Positions 8,362 to 18,015 of a stretch of DNA of 64,000 nt are shown here, in pieces. Below the pieces are notes generated by a model. That model had not been told where the DNA came from. It worked only from the letters and a program-made list of their open reading frames with translations, and ran no database searches. This stretch comes from Alteromonas sp. (lineage in GTDB: Bacteria > Margulisbacteria > Marinamargulisbacteria > UBA6595), in the NCBI GenBank assembly GCA_964220215.1, contig CAXPTH010000023.1, positions 7,943-71,942 on the forward strand, read 5' to 3'. The position numbers were made by a program, and so were the translations under genes. The number at the start of each line of letters is the position of its first letter. Position 1 is the first letter of the stretch.

Positions 8362-9659
8362 GTAAACGCCGTTTCCAAACGCATCCCGCGGGAGCCTTTC
8401 ACCAAAATACATGCATCGTGTATGGGGTGCTGGTTTAAAAATACAGACAGGGCATCGGCATCATCAAAATGCAAGCAATCCAAACCGGCTTTGACCGATT
8501 TAAAGCCATGCCCCACTAAAATAATCTGATCAAATGTCTGGGTTTTTAATTGGGTAACAATCGCCAAATGCTCAGACTCAGACACCGCCCCCAGCTCAAA
8601 CATATCGCCTAAAATTACCCATTTGACTGTAGCTGGATACGCCGAAAAATACTGCAGCATGGCGGCCATACTACTGGGGTTGGCGTTATAGGCATCCAGA
8701 ATCACGCTATTGGATCCCCATTCAATGACTTGGGATCGATTGTTATCCGGCACATAGGCTTCAATCGCCGCTTGTATCTTGGGTAGAGGCACCCCCGCAT
8801 GCACCCCCACACACGCCGCGGCCGCAATGTTATCGGCCTGAAATTGCCCCAGCAATGCGGAGCGAATCGTCACATGCTCGTGCGTATGGGTGTCAACGAT
8901 CGATACCGACACTCGGGGATACGTGGCTGTAACCCGTGCAACGACCCGACCATGCGGTGTCTGATTCGTCTGGGCATAGCCAATGTGGGGCAGCCCGTTC
9001 AACTGTTCCATGAGTATGGCGTCATCACCATTGACAATCGCAGTGCCTGAATGGATACGCAAATAATCATACACCTCGCAATTGGCCGCAATCACCCCCG
9101 CTATGGACCCATACCCTTCTAAATGATCTTTGCCACAATTGGTAATTAAGCCATAATCCGGTTGCGCAATATCACACAGAACCGCATGCTCACCCGGGTG
9201 ATTGGCACCCAATTCAATCACCGCATACCGGCACGATTTCGGAATCGCCAAGATACTCAACGGCACCCCAATATGATTGTTTAAGTTTCCCGTTGTGGCG
9301 TGCGTCGGATAGTGAGCCCCCAAAACCGCCGCCAGGAGATTTTTGGTGGTGGTTTTCCCATTGGACCCCGCAACGACGACAACCGTTGTCTCGGTCAATG
9401 TTTGTCTATACAATCGGGCCAAGTCTTGCAACGCAGCCTCTGCATTGTCTACCAATAAACAGCGGTCATCGTGTTGATACGCTGGATCGTCAATCACCGC
9501 ATAGGCAGCCCCATGGTTCAGGGCATCGGATACATAAGCATGCCCATCGGCCGTTTCCCCACGCAACGCAAAAAAAATACCCCCCGGTTGAACCAAATTC
9601 GAATGAATCGCCACCCCTGGATGGTGCGCCATTACCGCCATTAACACTGTCATGGTCAT
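8358..9659 (-). CDS. murF: UDP-MurNAc-tripeptide:D-Ala-D-Ala ligase
   Basis: GSNGKTTTK, GNLNNHIGVP, DAYNANPSSM, LGDMFELG, VKGSRGMRLE; start approximate. Confidence 0.95.
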   Translation of the reverse strand: MTMTVLMAVMAHHPGVAIHSNLVQPGGIFFALRGETADGHAYVSDALNHGAAYAVIDDPAYQHDDRCLLVDNAEAALQDLARLYRQTLTETTVVVVAGSNGKTTTKNLLAAVLGAHYPTHATTGNLNNHIGVPLSILAIPKSCRYAVIELGANHPGEHAVLCDIAQPDYGLITNCGKDHLEGYGSIAGVIAANCEVYDYLRIHSGTAIVNGDDAILMEQLNGLPHIGYAQTNQTPHGRVVARVTATYPRVSVSIVDTHTHEHVTIRSALLGQFQADNIAAAACVGVHAGVPLPKIQAAIEAYVPDNNRSQVIEWGSNSVILDAYNANPSSMAAMLQYFSAYPATVKWVILGDMFELGAVSESEHLAIVTQLKTQTFDQIILVGHGFKSVKAGLDCLHFDDADALSVFLNQHPIHDACILVKGSRGMRLETAFT

Positions 9660-9719
9660 ATAAATGTTGAGTGTAGACAACTTTGCAACTACGGTCAAAC
9701 TGAGATAGACTAAATAGGT

Positions 9720-11327
9720 ATGAACCGTATACTACATCCATCGGGAAATCATCGGCCCGTTTTGTTAATTATCATGGATGGGGTTGCCATCGGTAACCAA
9801 GACGAATTTGATGCCGTTTACCAGGCTAAGACGCCGCATTTGGATGCCCTGTACCAATCCGAGTTGTTTTGTACATTAAAGGCCCACGGAACGGCTGTTG
9901 GTATGCCCAGTGATTCAGACATTGGCAACAGCGAGGTGGGGCACAACACGTTGGGTGCCGGACGGGTGATCCCCCAAGGAGCAAGCTTGGTTAAAACAGC
10001 CATTGACACCCAGTCGTTATTTCGCAGCGATAGTTGGACAACCGCCATCCAAACCGTGAAAAACAATACGAGCACCTTGCATTTAATCGGGTTGTTATCC
10101 GATGGCAATGTTCATGCCCATTTGGACCATACGATTGCCCTGATTCAAGCCGCAGCGGACGCGGGGGTTTCGCGGTGTCGGCTGCATAGTTTACTGGATG
10201 GACGCGACGTTGCGCCCCAATCGGCTTTAGGTTATCTGGATCGCTTGGATGCGGTGTTGGCGCCCATTAATACCCAGTACGACTACCGCATTGCTTCAGG
10301 TGGTGGGCGTATGCGCATAACGATGGATCGCTACAATGCCGATTGGGCCATGGTTCAGCGCGGTTGGAATACCCATGTGTTGGGACTAGCCCCTCACGTA
10401 TCGAGTGCCCGGGATGCCATTGAAGCCGCCTATGTTCAAAATCCGAACATCACGGACCAAGACATTGAGCCGTTTGTTGTTGCTGATGCCCACGGCCCCA
10501 TTGGATGCATCCACGATGGGGATGCGGTCTTGTTGACCAATTTTCGGGGGGACCGTGCCATTGAGTTGTCTCAGTGTTTTGACTCAGACGCCACATTTGA
10601 TCGGTTTGACCGCCAACGAGTCCCCGATGTGTTTTTTGCTGGTATGATGCAATACGATGGGGACTTGGCCATTCCCCAGCATTTTTTAGTGCCGCCGCCC
10701 CAAATTGAAGACCCCTTGAGCCACTATTTGTGCGGGACTGGGATTCGATCCTTTGCCATTTCTGAAACTCAAAAATATGGCCATGTTACCTATTTTTGGA
10801 ATGGAAACAATTCGGGGTATGTGGACCCAGCCTGCGAACGCTATATTGAAATTTTGGGTGATCCCCGCCCGTTTGAAGAACAGCCGGCCATGCAATCTGT
10901 GGCCATTACCGATGCAGCTATTGACTGCATTCGTTCGGGTGATTACACCTTTGGGCGGATTAATTTTCCCAATGGGGATATGATTGGACATACCGGCAAT
11001 TTAGCCGCCGCTATTGCCTCGGTTGAGGCGGTGGATGCGTGTGTCAATCGCTTGGTCGACGCCATGCGTGCACTGGGGGGTATTACTGTAATTTTAGCGG
11101 ATCATGGCAATGCCGATGCCATGGGCCAGCGCGACGCAACGGGTCGGGTCACGCCCATAACCGCCCATACCTGCAATCCGGTACCCTGCTGCATTGTGGA
11201 TGCTCCTGAGTTTGCGTGGGTTCCCGTTGAGCAGCCGGGTCTCAGCCACATTGCCAGTACGCTGTGTGTCTTGATGGGCTATGAAGCCCCTGCCGGATTT
11301 AATCCAGCCTTGGTGACGCGCCGATGA
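9720..11327 (+). CDS. gpmI: 2,3-BPG-independent phosphoglycerate mutase
   Basis: GNSEVGH, LLSDGNVHAH, DGRD, NFRGDRA, NGDMIGHTG, ADHGNA. Confidence 0.96.
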   Translation: MNRILHPSGNHRPVLLIIMDGVAIGNQDEFDAVYQAKTPHLDALYQSELFCTLKAHGTAVGMPSDSDIGNSEVGHNTLGAGRVIPQGASLVKTAIDTQSLFRSDSWTTAIQTVKNNTSTLHLIGLLSDGNVHAHLDHTIALIQAAADAGVSRCRLHSLLDGRDVAPQSALGYLDRLDAVLAPINTQYDYRIASGGGRMRITMDRYNADWAMVQRGWNTHVLGLAPHVSSARDAIEAAYVQNPNITDQDIEPFVVADAHGPIGCIHDGDAVLLTNFRGDRAIELSQCFDSDATFDRFDRQRVPDVFFAGMMQYDGDLAIPQHFLVPPPQIEDPLSHYLCGTGIRSFAISETQKYGHVTYFWNGNNSGYVDPACERYIEILGDPRPFEEQPAMQSVAITDAAIDCIRSGDYTFGRINFPNGDMIGHTGNLAAAIASVEAVDACVNRLVDAMRALGGITVILADHGNADAMGQRDATGRVTPITAHTCNPVPCCIVDAPEFAWVPVEQPGLSHIASTLCVLMGYEAPAGFNPALVTRR

Positions 11328-12529
11328 TTGACTTAGACACACAACTCGCACGGCTCACCGACAATGTGGCTGAAATCGTTCCCTTGGATGCCTTTAAAGC
11401 CAAGCTGGCCCAATCGATTGAAACCCAAACCCCGTTGCGGGTTAAATTTGGGGCGGATCCCTCTCGACCGGATCTGCATTTGGGCCATACGGTTGTCTTG
11501 CGCAAGTTGCGACAATTTCAAGACTGTGGGCATCACGTTGATTTTATTATTGGGGATTTTACTGCCAGCATTGGCGACCCAACCGGTCGCAATAAAACCC
11601 GGCCACCCTTAACGGCTGAAGCCATTGCGGAGTATTCCAAAACCTATCAGGATCAAGTCTTTCGGATTTTGGACCCAGCCAAAACCACGGTTCATTACAA
11701 TAGCCACTGGTTGGGGGCCTTGTCTCAAACGGATTTAATTCGTTGGCTATCCACGGTAACTGTTCAGCAATTGTTGGCACGCGATGATTTTACCAAACGG
11801 TATCACAGCCAAGTCCCTATTCACTTGCACGAATGCTTATACCCGGTCTTGCAGGCCTATGATTCGGTCCATGTGCGCGCCGATATTGAATGTGGGGGTA
11901 CCGACCAAAAGTTTAACTTATTGCTGGCCCGTGATTTTCAAAAAACGGCCGATCAACCCCAGCAGGCCGTCTTGATGATGCCCATTTTAGAAGGCTTAGA
12001 CGGGGAAAAGAAAATGTCCAAAAGTTTGGGGAATGCCATTGGCATTACCGATAGTCCAGCCGATATGTTTGGTAAAGTGATGAGCATTGCCGACCCCCTG
12101 ATGTTTCGCTACTATGCCTTGCTAACGGATTGGGATTCGCCCCGCATTGAGGCCTTGCGCCAAGCGATTGAAGCCGAGACTGTTCATCCCATGACCGCTA
12201 AAAAGCAATTGGCCCATTGCATTGTATCTGAGCGTTACGACGCCGATGCAGCCGATGCGGCACACGCGCAATTTGAACGGCAGTTTTCAAACAATGAATA
12301 CCCCGATTCAATGCCCGACCATCCCCATGCATCCGCCACCGTGCACTGGCCCAGCGTATTGGTAGAGGCCGCTATGGCCCCGTCTAAAAAAGAAGCCCGG
12401 CGACTGCTTGATCAAGGTGCTATTAAGCTCAATCGTGTGGTGCAAACGGAGGCTGAAATTGTATGGGATCAACAAACCAGCGTGGTCCAGGTGGGGAAGC
12501 GAAAATTTTTTCGTTTAATCGCTGAGTAG
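11324..12529 (+). CDS. tyrS: Tyrosine--tRNA ligase
   Basis: DLHLGH, GGTDQKFN, KMSKS, C-terminal S4-like domain. Confidence 0.97.
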   Translation: MIDLDTQLARLTDNVAEIVPLDAFKAKLAQSIETQTPLRVKFGADPSRPDLHLGHTVVLRKLRQFQDCGHHVDFIIGDFTASIGDPTGRNKTRPPLTAEAIAEYSKTYQDQVFRILDPAKTTVHYNSHWLGALSQTDLIRWLSTVTVQQLLARDDFTKRYHSQVPIHLHECLYPVLQAYDSVHVRADIECGGTDQKFNLLLARDFQKTADQPQQAVLMMPILEGLDGEKKMSKSLGNAIGITDSPADMFGKVMSIADPLMFRYYALLTDWDSPRIEALRQAIEAETVHPMTAKKQLAHCIVSERYDADAADAAHAQFERQFSNNEYPDSMPDHPHASATVHWPSVLVEAAMAPSKKEARRLLDQGAIKLNRVVQTEAEIVWDQQTSVVQVGKRKFFRLIAE

Positions 12530-13582
12530 CATCAGTGTCACTTCCCCCTGCTTAAATAAGCGCATGGGTGGCCCCCAGGTACTGGTCCCACGCGATACAT
12601 ACAATCGAGCCTGTCCCAATCGACGCCAACCCGCCGTAATGTGGTAGCGCAACCAGACTAGCGCGCCCCAAGGGGGCAATTGACCCGCATGGGTGTGGCC
12701 GGACAGTTGAAGCACCTGAGGGCAGTGTTGTGCATGCTGCGCAAACGCTTCCGGGCGGTGATCCAACACCAACACAGCGGATAGGTGATCGGGAATCAGG
12801 GTGGAAAGCCCCACACGGTTAACCCCCCAGGCTTGGCCGGCTGGATCGGGCAGCCCCACAATGCACAAGTCGCCAACCGATCGGCAGCGGTTGTCCAGCA
12901 CCTCAAATCCCAGGTCTTGCATGCACGAGCAAAAGTCGGCATATCCGGTATAAAAATCATGGTTGCCCGATACGGCGAGTTTCACTGGTGCTTGAATGGC
13001 CTGCAAGGCGGTGCATGGGTCGTGGATCCAGCGTTGGGGAATATCCGAAAAGTCACCCGTAAACACGACAATATCCGGGTTGGCCCGATTCACAGTATCC
13101 ACCAACTGTTGAACCCAAGCCACTGATTTTAAGCCATTAAAATGAATATCCGTAAGCTGAACCACGCGAATGGGCGCATGCCCCGCAGGCAAGTAGCCGG
13201 CTACCCGGTGTGTAACCAAAGATGCCGCCGTTTTATTAAGCAGCAAGCTCCCCCCAATGAGTCCCACACTAGCCATGGCGACCCCCCACTGCACCACCCA
13301 CACGGGCACACCCACGGCCTGGGCGACTGTGGCCATACTAGCGACTGCCACTAAAATGGACAAGCTGCCGAGACCAACCCCGCTGAGCCATTTGAGTCCA
13401 ACGTGCCATGGGGTTGGCCGAAACCAGCGGAACAGACCCAGATACACCCAAATACTCGCCATAAGCGCCCCGGCAACGGCGATGCTCACGCCCAGTGGCC
13501 AGGCATAAATGCGTGCCAATACTGCCGTGACTGCAACACTGGCGAGCTGTGGTAATGCGATGAATAGGACACGCACTAGCAT
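12515..13582 (-). CDS. Membrane-anchored metallophosphoesterase (YkuE/YaeI-like)
   Basis: N-terminal TM helices; DIH, TGD, GNHD, LSGHTHAGQ, YVSRG motifs. Confidence 0.88.
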   Translation of the reverse strand: MLVRVLFIALPQLASVAVTAVLARIYAWPLGVSIAVAGALMASIWVYLGLFRWFRPTPWHVGLKWLSGVGLGSLSILVAVASMATVAQAVGVPVWVVQWGVAMASVGLIGGSLLLNKTAASLVTHRVAGYLPAGHAPIRVVQLTDIHFNGLKSVAWVQQLVDTVNRANPDIVVFTGDFSDIPQRWIHDPCTALQAIQAPVKLAVSGNHDFYTGYADFCSCMQDLGFEVLDNRCRSVGDLCIVGLPDPAGQAWGVNRVGLSTLIPDHLSAVLVLDHRPEAFAQHAQHCPQVLQLSGHTHAGQLPPWGALVWLRYHITAGWRRLGQARLYVSRGTSTWGPPMRLFKQGEVTLMLLSD

Positions 13583-13592
13583 GGGTGTTTAA

Positions 13593-14099
13593 TTACGCTG
13601 GCTCGGTGATAAACGCATCGGCAATATCTTGAATCGCCGATTCATTGAGTGGCTTATGCGCATTGACAACCACCTGACGACCCACCACGGTCAAACCAAT
13701 ATAGCCCAACTGCATCCGCAAGGCCATCAATGCGTGAAGCCCACCCCCACCACTGGCACTGCCCATCGCGGCCATCTTGCCATTAAACACCGTTCGCCAA
13801 TCCGCCGCATCGCTCCGACTAATCCACGCAATCGCATTGGTCAACGCCGGGGCAATGCCCCCATTGTATTCGGGCGTTATGAACACAAAGCGCTTGGCCT
13901 GCATGCATTGCGCGCATAGCTGATTCACAGCCTCGGGCGTTTCCTGCTCCTCTGTCACGGGGGTATATAAGGGCAAATTGAGCCCAACCAAATCTACAAG
14001 GCTCGGGTTTAACCCCTTGGCTTCAAACACCCGCTGAAACGCCTGGGCCAATTCCAAATTTTTATGATTGCTGCCGGCTAAAATTAATGTATCTGACAT
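13593..14099 (-). CDS. NAD(P)H-dependent FMN reductase family protein
   Basis: LPLY, TPEYNGG...LTNAIAWISR, SASGGGG; ATG 14099 after GGAGG. Confidence 0.88.
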   Translation of the reverse strand: MSDTLILAGSNHKNLELAQAFQRVFEAKGLNPSLVDLVGLNLPLYTPVTEEQETPEAVNQLCAQCMQAKRFVFITPEYNGGIAPALTNAIAWISRSDAADWRTVFNGKMAAMGSASGGGGLHALMALRMQLGYIGLTVVGRQVVVNAHKPLNESAIQDIADAFITEPA

Positions 14100-14310
14100 A
14101 TAAACACCTCCTACGTTTCTATTATACCGTGATGGCATTGGCTCGCGCACTGTTGGTTAAGATTCGATGCAAGCGTGGATGATACAGCTGGCCTAATTGA
14201 TTGCGTTATCTGACGGGATATACCATAATATTTCATATACTATGAATCAAAAAAAACCATGGCTGAGCATTAGAAAAACGGTTGGAATTCTAGATGAATA
14301 GCACACCAAA

Positions 14311-15159
14311 ATGATCAAAGGAAAAACAATCACCACATACTTAATTGATGAGACCCCAAATGGCATCCGTACGTGTTTTATATCCAATAAAATTTGCAAA
14401 GCCATTGTTGTTCCACGCGCAAAGTTACTGGATGCAAAAAAACGCATCGAGCTTCAACAACCGGCGTTGTATATTCTACTTAGTGATTCTGATGACAAGA
14501 TTTATATTGGTGAAACAGAAGATTTTTTGAGCCGCATTCGAGACCACGAATCTAAAAAGTCGTTTTGGGAACAGGCCATTATTTTTGTTTCAAAAGATAA
14601 TGATTTAACGAAATCGGATGTTAAGTATTTAGAGTATTTAGCGATTAAGCAAGCACAGGCAACGGCACGCTACAACATTGAAGAAAATAAAACGTCGCCG
14701 AAGCCGACAAATTTACCGGAACATCAACTCGCCTTTATTGAGGAATTTTTTGAGGATGTGTGCACGTTGGCGACATTTTTAGGGGTGCCTGTTTTTGAGA
14801 AAGTAATGCGAAAAAAACAAGAGTTGTTTTATTGTAGAACTAAAAACACAGATGCTAACGGATTTTATACTGAAAATGGATTTACGGTGTTGAAAGGCTC
14901 AAAAATACAAAAGGCTTCCACACCTTCGTATACCAATAAAGAAGCGCGATTTGAAAAGCTTTCTACTGTATCAACGGTTATTAATGAAAATCAATTGGAG
15001 CTAATTAAAGACCTTACCTTTAAAAGTCCGAGTGCAGCAAGTTCGTTTTGTAGCGGTAGGTCATCGAATGGGTGGCTCGATTGGGTGAATGACAATGGGC
15101 AAACGTTGAATGAGGTGTATCGGAATACCGAAAATAAAGTGTCAGAGATTCTGAAATGA
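14311..15159 (+). CDS. GIY-YIG nuclease domain + DUF4357 protein
   Basis: ALYIL...IYIGET...RIRDH...FW (GIY-YIG-like); C-terminal FTVLKGS...FKSPSAASSF..GRSSNGWLDW (DUF4357). Confidence 0.8.
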   Translation: MIKGKTITTYLIDETPNGIRTCFISNKICKAIVVPRAKLLDAKKRIELQQPALYILLSDSDDKIYIGETEDFLSRIRDHESKKSFWEQAIIFVSKDNDLTKSDVKYLEYLAIKQAQATARYNIEENKTSPKPTNLPEHQLAFIEEFFEDVCTLATFLGVPVFEKVMRKKQELFYCRTKNTDANGFYTENGFTVLKGSKIQKASTPSYTNKEARFEKLSTVSTVINENQLELIKDLTFKSPSAASSFCSGRSSNGWLDWVNDNGQTLNEVYRNTENKVSEILK

Positions 15160-15421
15160 CCGTGCCATCAAAAACCTTATCCCAAGACATTAAAATCCTA
15201 CTTCAAAACGCTCAAAATCACGTTGTCCGTACTGTTATACAACGATGGTGAATAGGTACTATGAAATCGGGCAATTAATTGTTGAACATCAACAAAAAGG
15301 ACAAGAAAAGGCTAAATATGGAAATTTCGAGACACTGGCTCGGAAATTCAACTTAAGCTGGTCCCACTATGTCTTTTTAATGCGGTTGCCAGATTATGAT
15401 TGGCACCTAGACAAACTGTAA
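15156..15421 (+). pseudogene. DUF1016/YhcG N-terminal fragment (frameshift, internal deletion, truncated)
   Basis: MTVPSKTLSQDIKILLQNAQNHVVRTV, then a 1-nt shift near 15238 gives TTMVNRYYEIGQLIVEHQQKGQEKAKYG-NFETLARKFNLSWSHYVFLMRL...stop 15421. YEIG/KYG/LSWSHY are DUF1016_N hallmarks. Confidence 0.8.
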
Positions 15422-15935
15422 AGCATCGCTAATAAACGACTCAACGATCAGATATGCCACAATATCACCAAGTTCGAATGACTTTATGTTTGAAAACAGT
15501 AGTAATATTAAGACCGTGCAGGAGCAACATGCGTCCGCAAATTTGCCCAACAGAATAACGAGACAATTTTTTCTTACCCCCCTCATCATCTAACCCCTCA
15601 ATGAATGCATAGTTTCGATACTAGATGGGTTAAAACTTTATAAGACAACAACTACATGGAACTACCAAGCCATTACTTATACTATATGACTTAACTAAGC
15701 ATGACGCAAACTAAAAAGAAACCTAAAATACAATAGTTTCTGAAAATTTTTACTTCTTCGAGCAATCAGAAGTCGATGTTGGAATCAGCTTGAATTATAT
15801 ACTTTTTTATTGATTAAAGATATAATATTTCACGATGTTTATTAAAAAAAAAATATTAATGTTAAATACGCTAAAACATTTAACAATGAAAAATATGCCT
15901 AAGGCCTTAGGAATTAGCCAAAAAATCTTAAGCTA

Positions 15936-17012
15936 ATGGAAGCACAAGTAGAGAATCTGAAACTTTTCGTAGAGGAACCAATTCCAATCAAATCATTCAG
16001 CAAGGATAACAATAAAAATAGCATCACTATTTCATCTCTTTTTTCTGGGTGCGGAGGAATGGATTTAGGCTTTTATCAAGAAGGGTTCAATATTCTATGG
16101 GCAAATGACTTCGATTCTAAAGCTTGTGATACCTATAGAAAAAATATTGGTAACCATGTTATATGCGAGGATATTACAAAGCTTGATTATTCTCAAATTC
16201 CTAGTTCAGATCTGATACTAGGTGGATTTCCTTGCCAAGACTTTTCAATGATTTGGAAAAGGGAAGGCATTAACTCTAAGAGAGGTAATCTGTATAGAAA
16301 TTTTGTTGAAATAGTTAAACAAAAAGAACCTCTTATGTTTGTTGCTGAAAATGTAAAGGGAGTCTTGACCGCAAATAATAAAAAAGCCATTCAGCAAATT
16401 ATTTCGGATTTTTCACATACCGGAAGTAAAGGTTACAGAACCAAAGCATATCTAGTTAACTTTGCTAATTATGGAGTTGCTCAACTCAGAGAGAGAGTAT
16501 TAATAATTGGGGTCAGAAAAGATATTCATATAAACTTTGGTATTCCAGATCCAACTCATGATTCAAGTCGTTATTTGTCTTCAAAAGAAGCACTACATAA
16601 TGTTGAAAATGTTCTGTTTAACAATGAACATCAAAACATTAAGTCAAATACAGTTGAAAAATTAAAATTGATACCTCCAGGAGGCAACTTCACTGATATA
16701 CCTAAGGATTCCCCTCACTATGTTAAAGGAATGATTTCTCATGTATACCGAAGACTTCATCCTGATAAACCTTCCACAACAATCATTGCAGCTGGAGGAG
16801 GTGGTACTTGGGGGTATCATTTTTTGGAGAATAGGCCTCTCACAAATAGAGAGAGAGCTCGTTTGTTTGGTTACCCTGACGACTTTGAATTTATAGGAAG
16901 CATTACTGATGTAAGAAGACAAATAGGCAATTCGGTTCCTCCTGAAGGTATACGCCCATTTGCAAGGAAAATAAAAGATTTCCTTTTGGAAGCAAAAAAT
17001 TATGTTCACTAA
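15936..17012 (+). CDS. DNA cytosine-C5 methyltransferase (M.NgoAVII/M.CglI-like)
   Basis: FSGCGG, GGFPCQDFS, ENVKG, QLRER, YVKGMISHVYRR..TIIAAGGGGTWGYH, QIGNSVPP. Confidence 0.95.
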   Translation: MEAQVENLKLFVEEPIPIKSFSKDNNKNSITISSLFSGCGGMDLGFYQEGFNILWANDFDSKACDTYRKNIGNHVICEDITKLDYSQIPSSDLILGGFPCQDFSMIWKREGINSKRGNLYRNFVEIVKQKEPLMFVAENVKGVLTANNKKAIQQIISDFSHTGSKGYRTKAYLVNFANYGVAQLRERVLIIGVRKDIHINFGIPDPTHDSSRYLSSKEALHNVENVLFNNEHQNIKSNTVEKLKLIPPGGNFTDIPKDSPHYVKGMISHVYRRLHPDKPSTTIIAAGGGGTWGYHFLENRPLTNRERARLFGYPDDFEFIGSITDVRRQIGNSVPPEGIRPFARKIKDFLLEAKNYVH

Positions 17013-18015
17013 TCTTGAGGACCATGGTGGTAATTTTAGAAATATATTAGAGACTGAATTTTCAAATGCACAAAACGTTCAAATTGCTTCTGGTTATGCA
17101 TCATTAGATTTAATCCAAGATTTTAGTGGAAGATTCAGAAATATAGCCTCACAAGGGGGGAATGCGAAGTTGCTTTTAGGCATGGCTTTCTATGAAGGTT
17201 TAGGTAAAAAAAAGCTTGATGCTGTAAATAAATTGCATTCGGAATTAAACTCCATAAATAAAAATTCTGGTGTGTATGTAACAAATGGAAGGCGTTACCA
17301 TGGCAAAGTTTATAGGTTTTATGACGAACACAGCTCGAAGGTTTACGTAGGTTCTTCAAATTTTTCTTTTAATGGCACAAGAGGAAACATTGAATGTACT
17401 GTTCCTGTAGTAGATGAAACACAGAGAGCCCAAGTTATTCATTTTTTAAATGATTTATATTCTAATTACTCTATACCAATTGACCATGCAGAAATTATGG
17501 TTCCAGGCAAGGAAAATGCATTTTCAAAAAAAGTTGAACAGGCCTGGAAGTCAATCCAAACGTATGATACAGCTACAATAGACCGCCACTCACTTCCTTA
17601 TTTTGATTTAAATCTAGAGCATGTTGTTAAAAAAGAAAAATCTAGCCTCAACGTGTATTTTGGAAAAGGTAGATTAAACAATAAAACTGGAAAAATTGCA
17701 CCTAGGCCATGGTATGAAATTGAGATTATTGCCAATAAAGATATTAACTCTTTGGAAATTTATCCAAAGGGAGACTTTTTAGCATATACAGATGATGGAT
17801 ATGTCCTACCTATGCGAACTCAAGGTGACTACAATAAAAATATTCGTTCAAAAAAGAGCCTACAAATTTTTGGTATTTGGCTTAAAGGAAAATTAGAACA
17901 TAATGGTGCACTTAAAAAATATGAACCGGTTACCTTAGATGTTTTGGAAGAGTATGAAAGAAAGTCTTTGCGTCTACATAAAATAAGTGAAGGAAACTAT
18001 TTTATGAGTTTTTAA
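17002..18015 (+). CDS. PLD-family restriction endonuclease subunit (R.NgoAVII/NgoFVII/R.CglI-like)
   Basis: HGKVY...GSSNFS PLD motif; C-terminal KSSLNVYFGKGR..PRPWYEIE..TDDG..GDYNKNIRS..WLKGKLE B3-like DNA-binding domain. Confidence 0.88.
   Translation: MFTNLEDHGGNFRNILETEFSNAQNVQIASGYASLDLIQDFSGRFRNIASQGGNAKLLLGMAFYEGLGKKKLDAVNKLHSELNSINKNSGVYVTNGRRYHGKVYRFYDEHSSKVYVGSSNFSFNGTRGNIECTVPVVDETQRAQVIHFLNDLYSNYSIPIDHAEIMVPGKENAFSKKVEQAWKSIQTYDTATIDRHSLPYFDLNLEHVVKKEKSSLNVYFGKGRLNNKTGKIAPRPWYEIEIIANKDINSLEIYPKGDFLAYTDDGYVLPMRTQGDYNKNIRSKKSLQIFGIWLKGKLEHNGALKKYEPVTLDVLEEYERKSLRLHKISEGNYFMSF

Noticed and set aside
14242-14301. 19-aa ORF MNQKKPWLSIRKTVGILDE, faintly like an excisionase/MerR HTH start
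   Set aside because: Too short to support any assignment.
15407-15800. 60-aa minus-strand ORF and other open stretches within the islet
   Set aside because: No recognisable motifs or RBS; probably decayed sequence.
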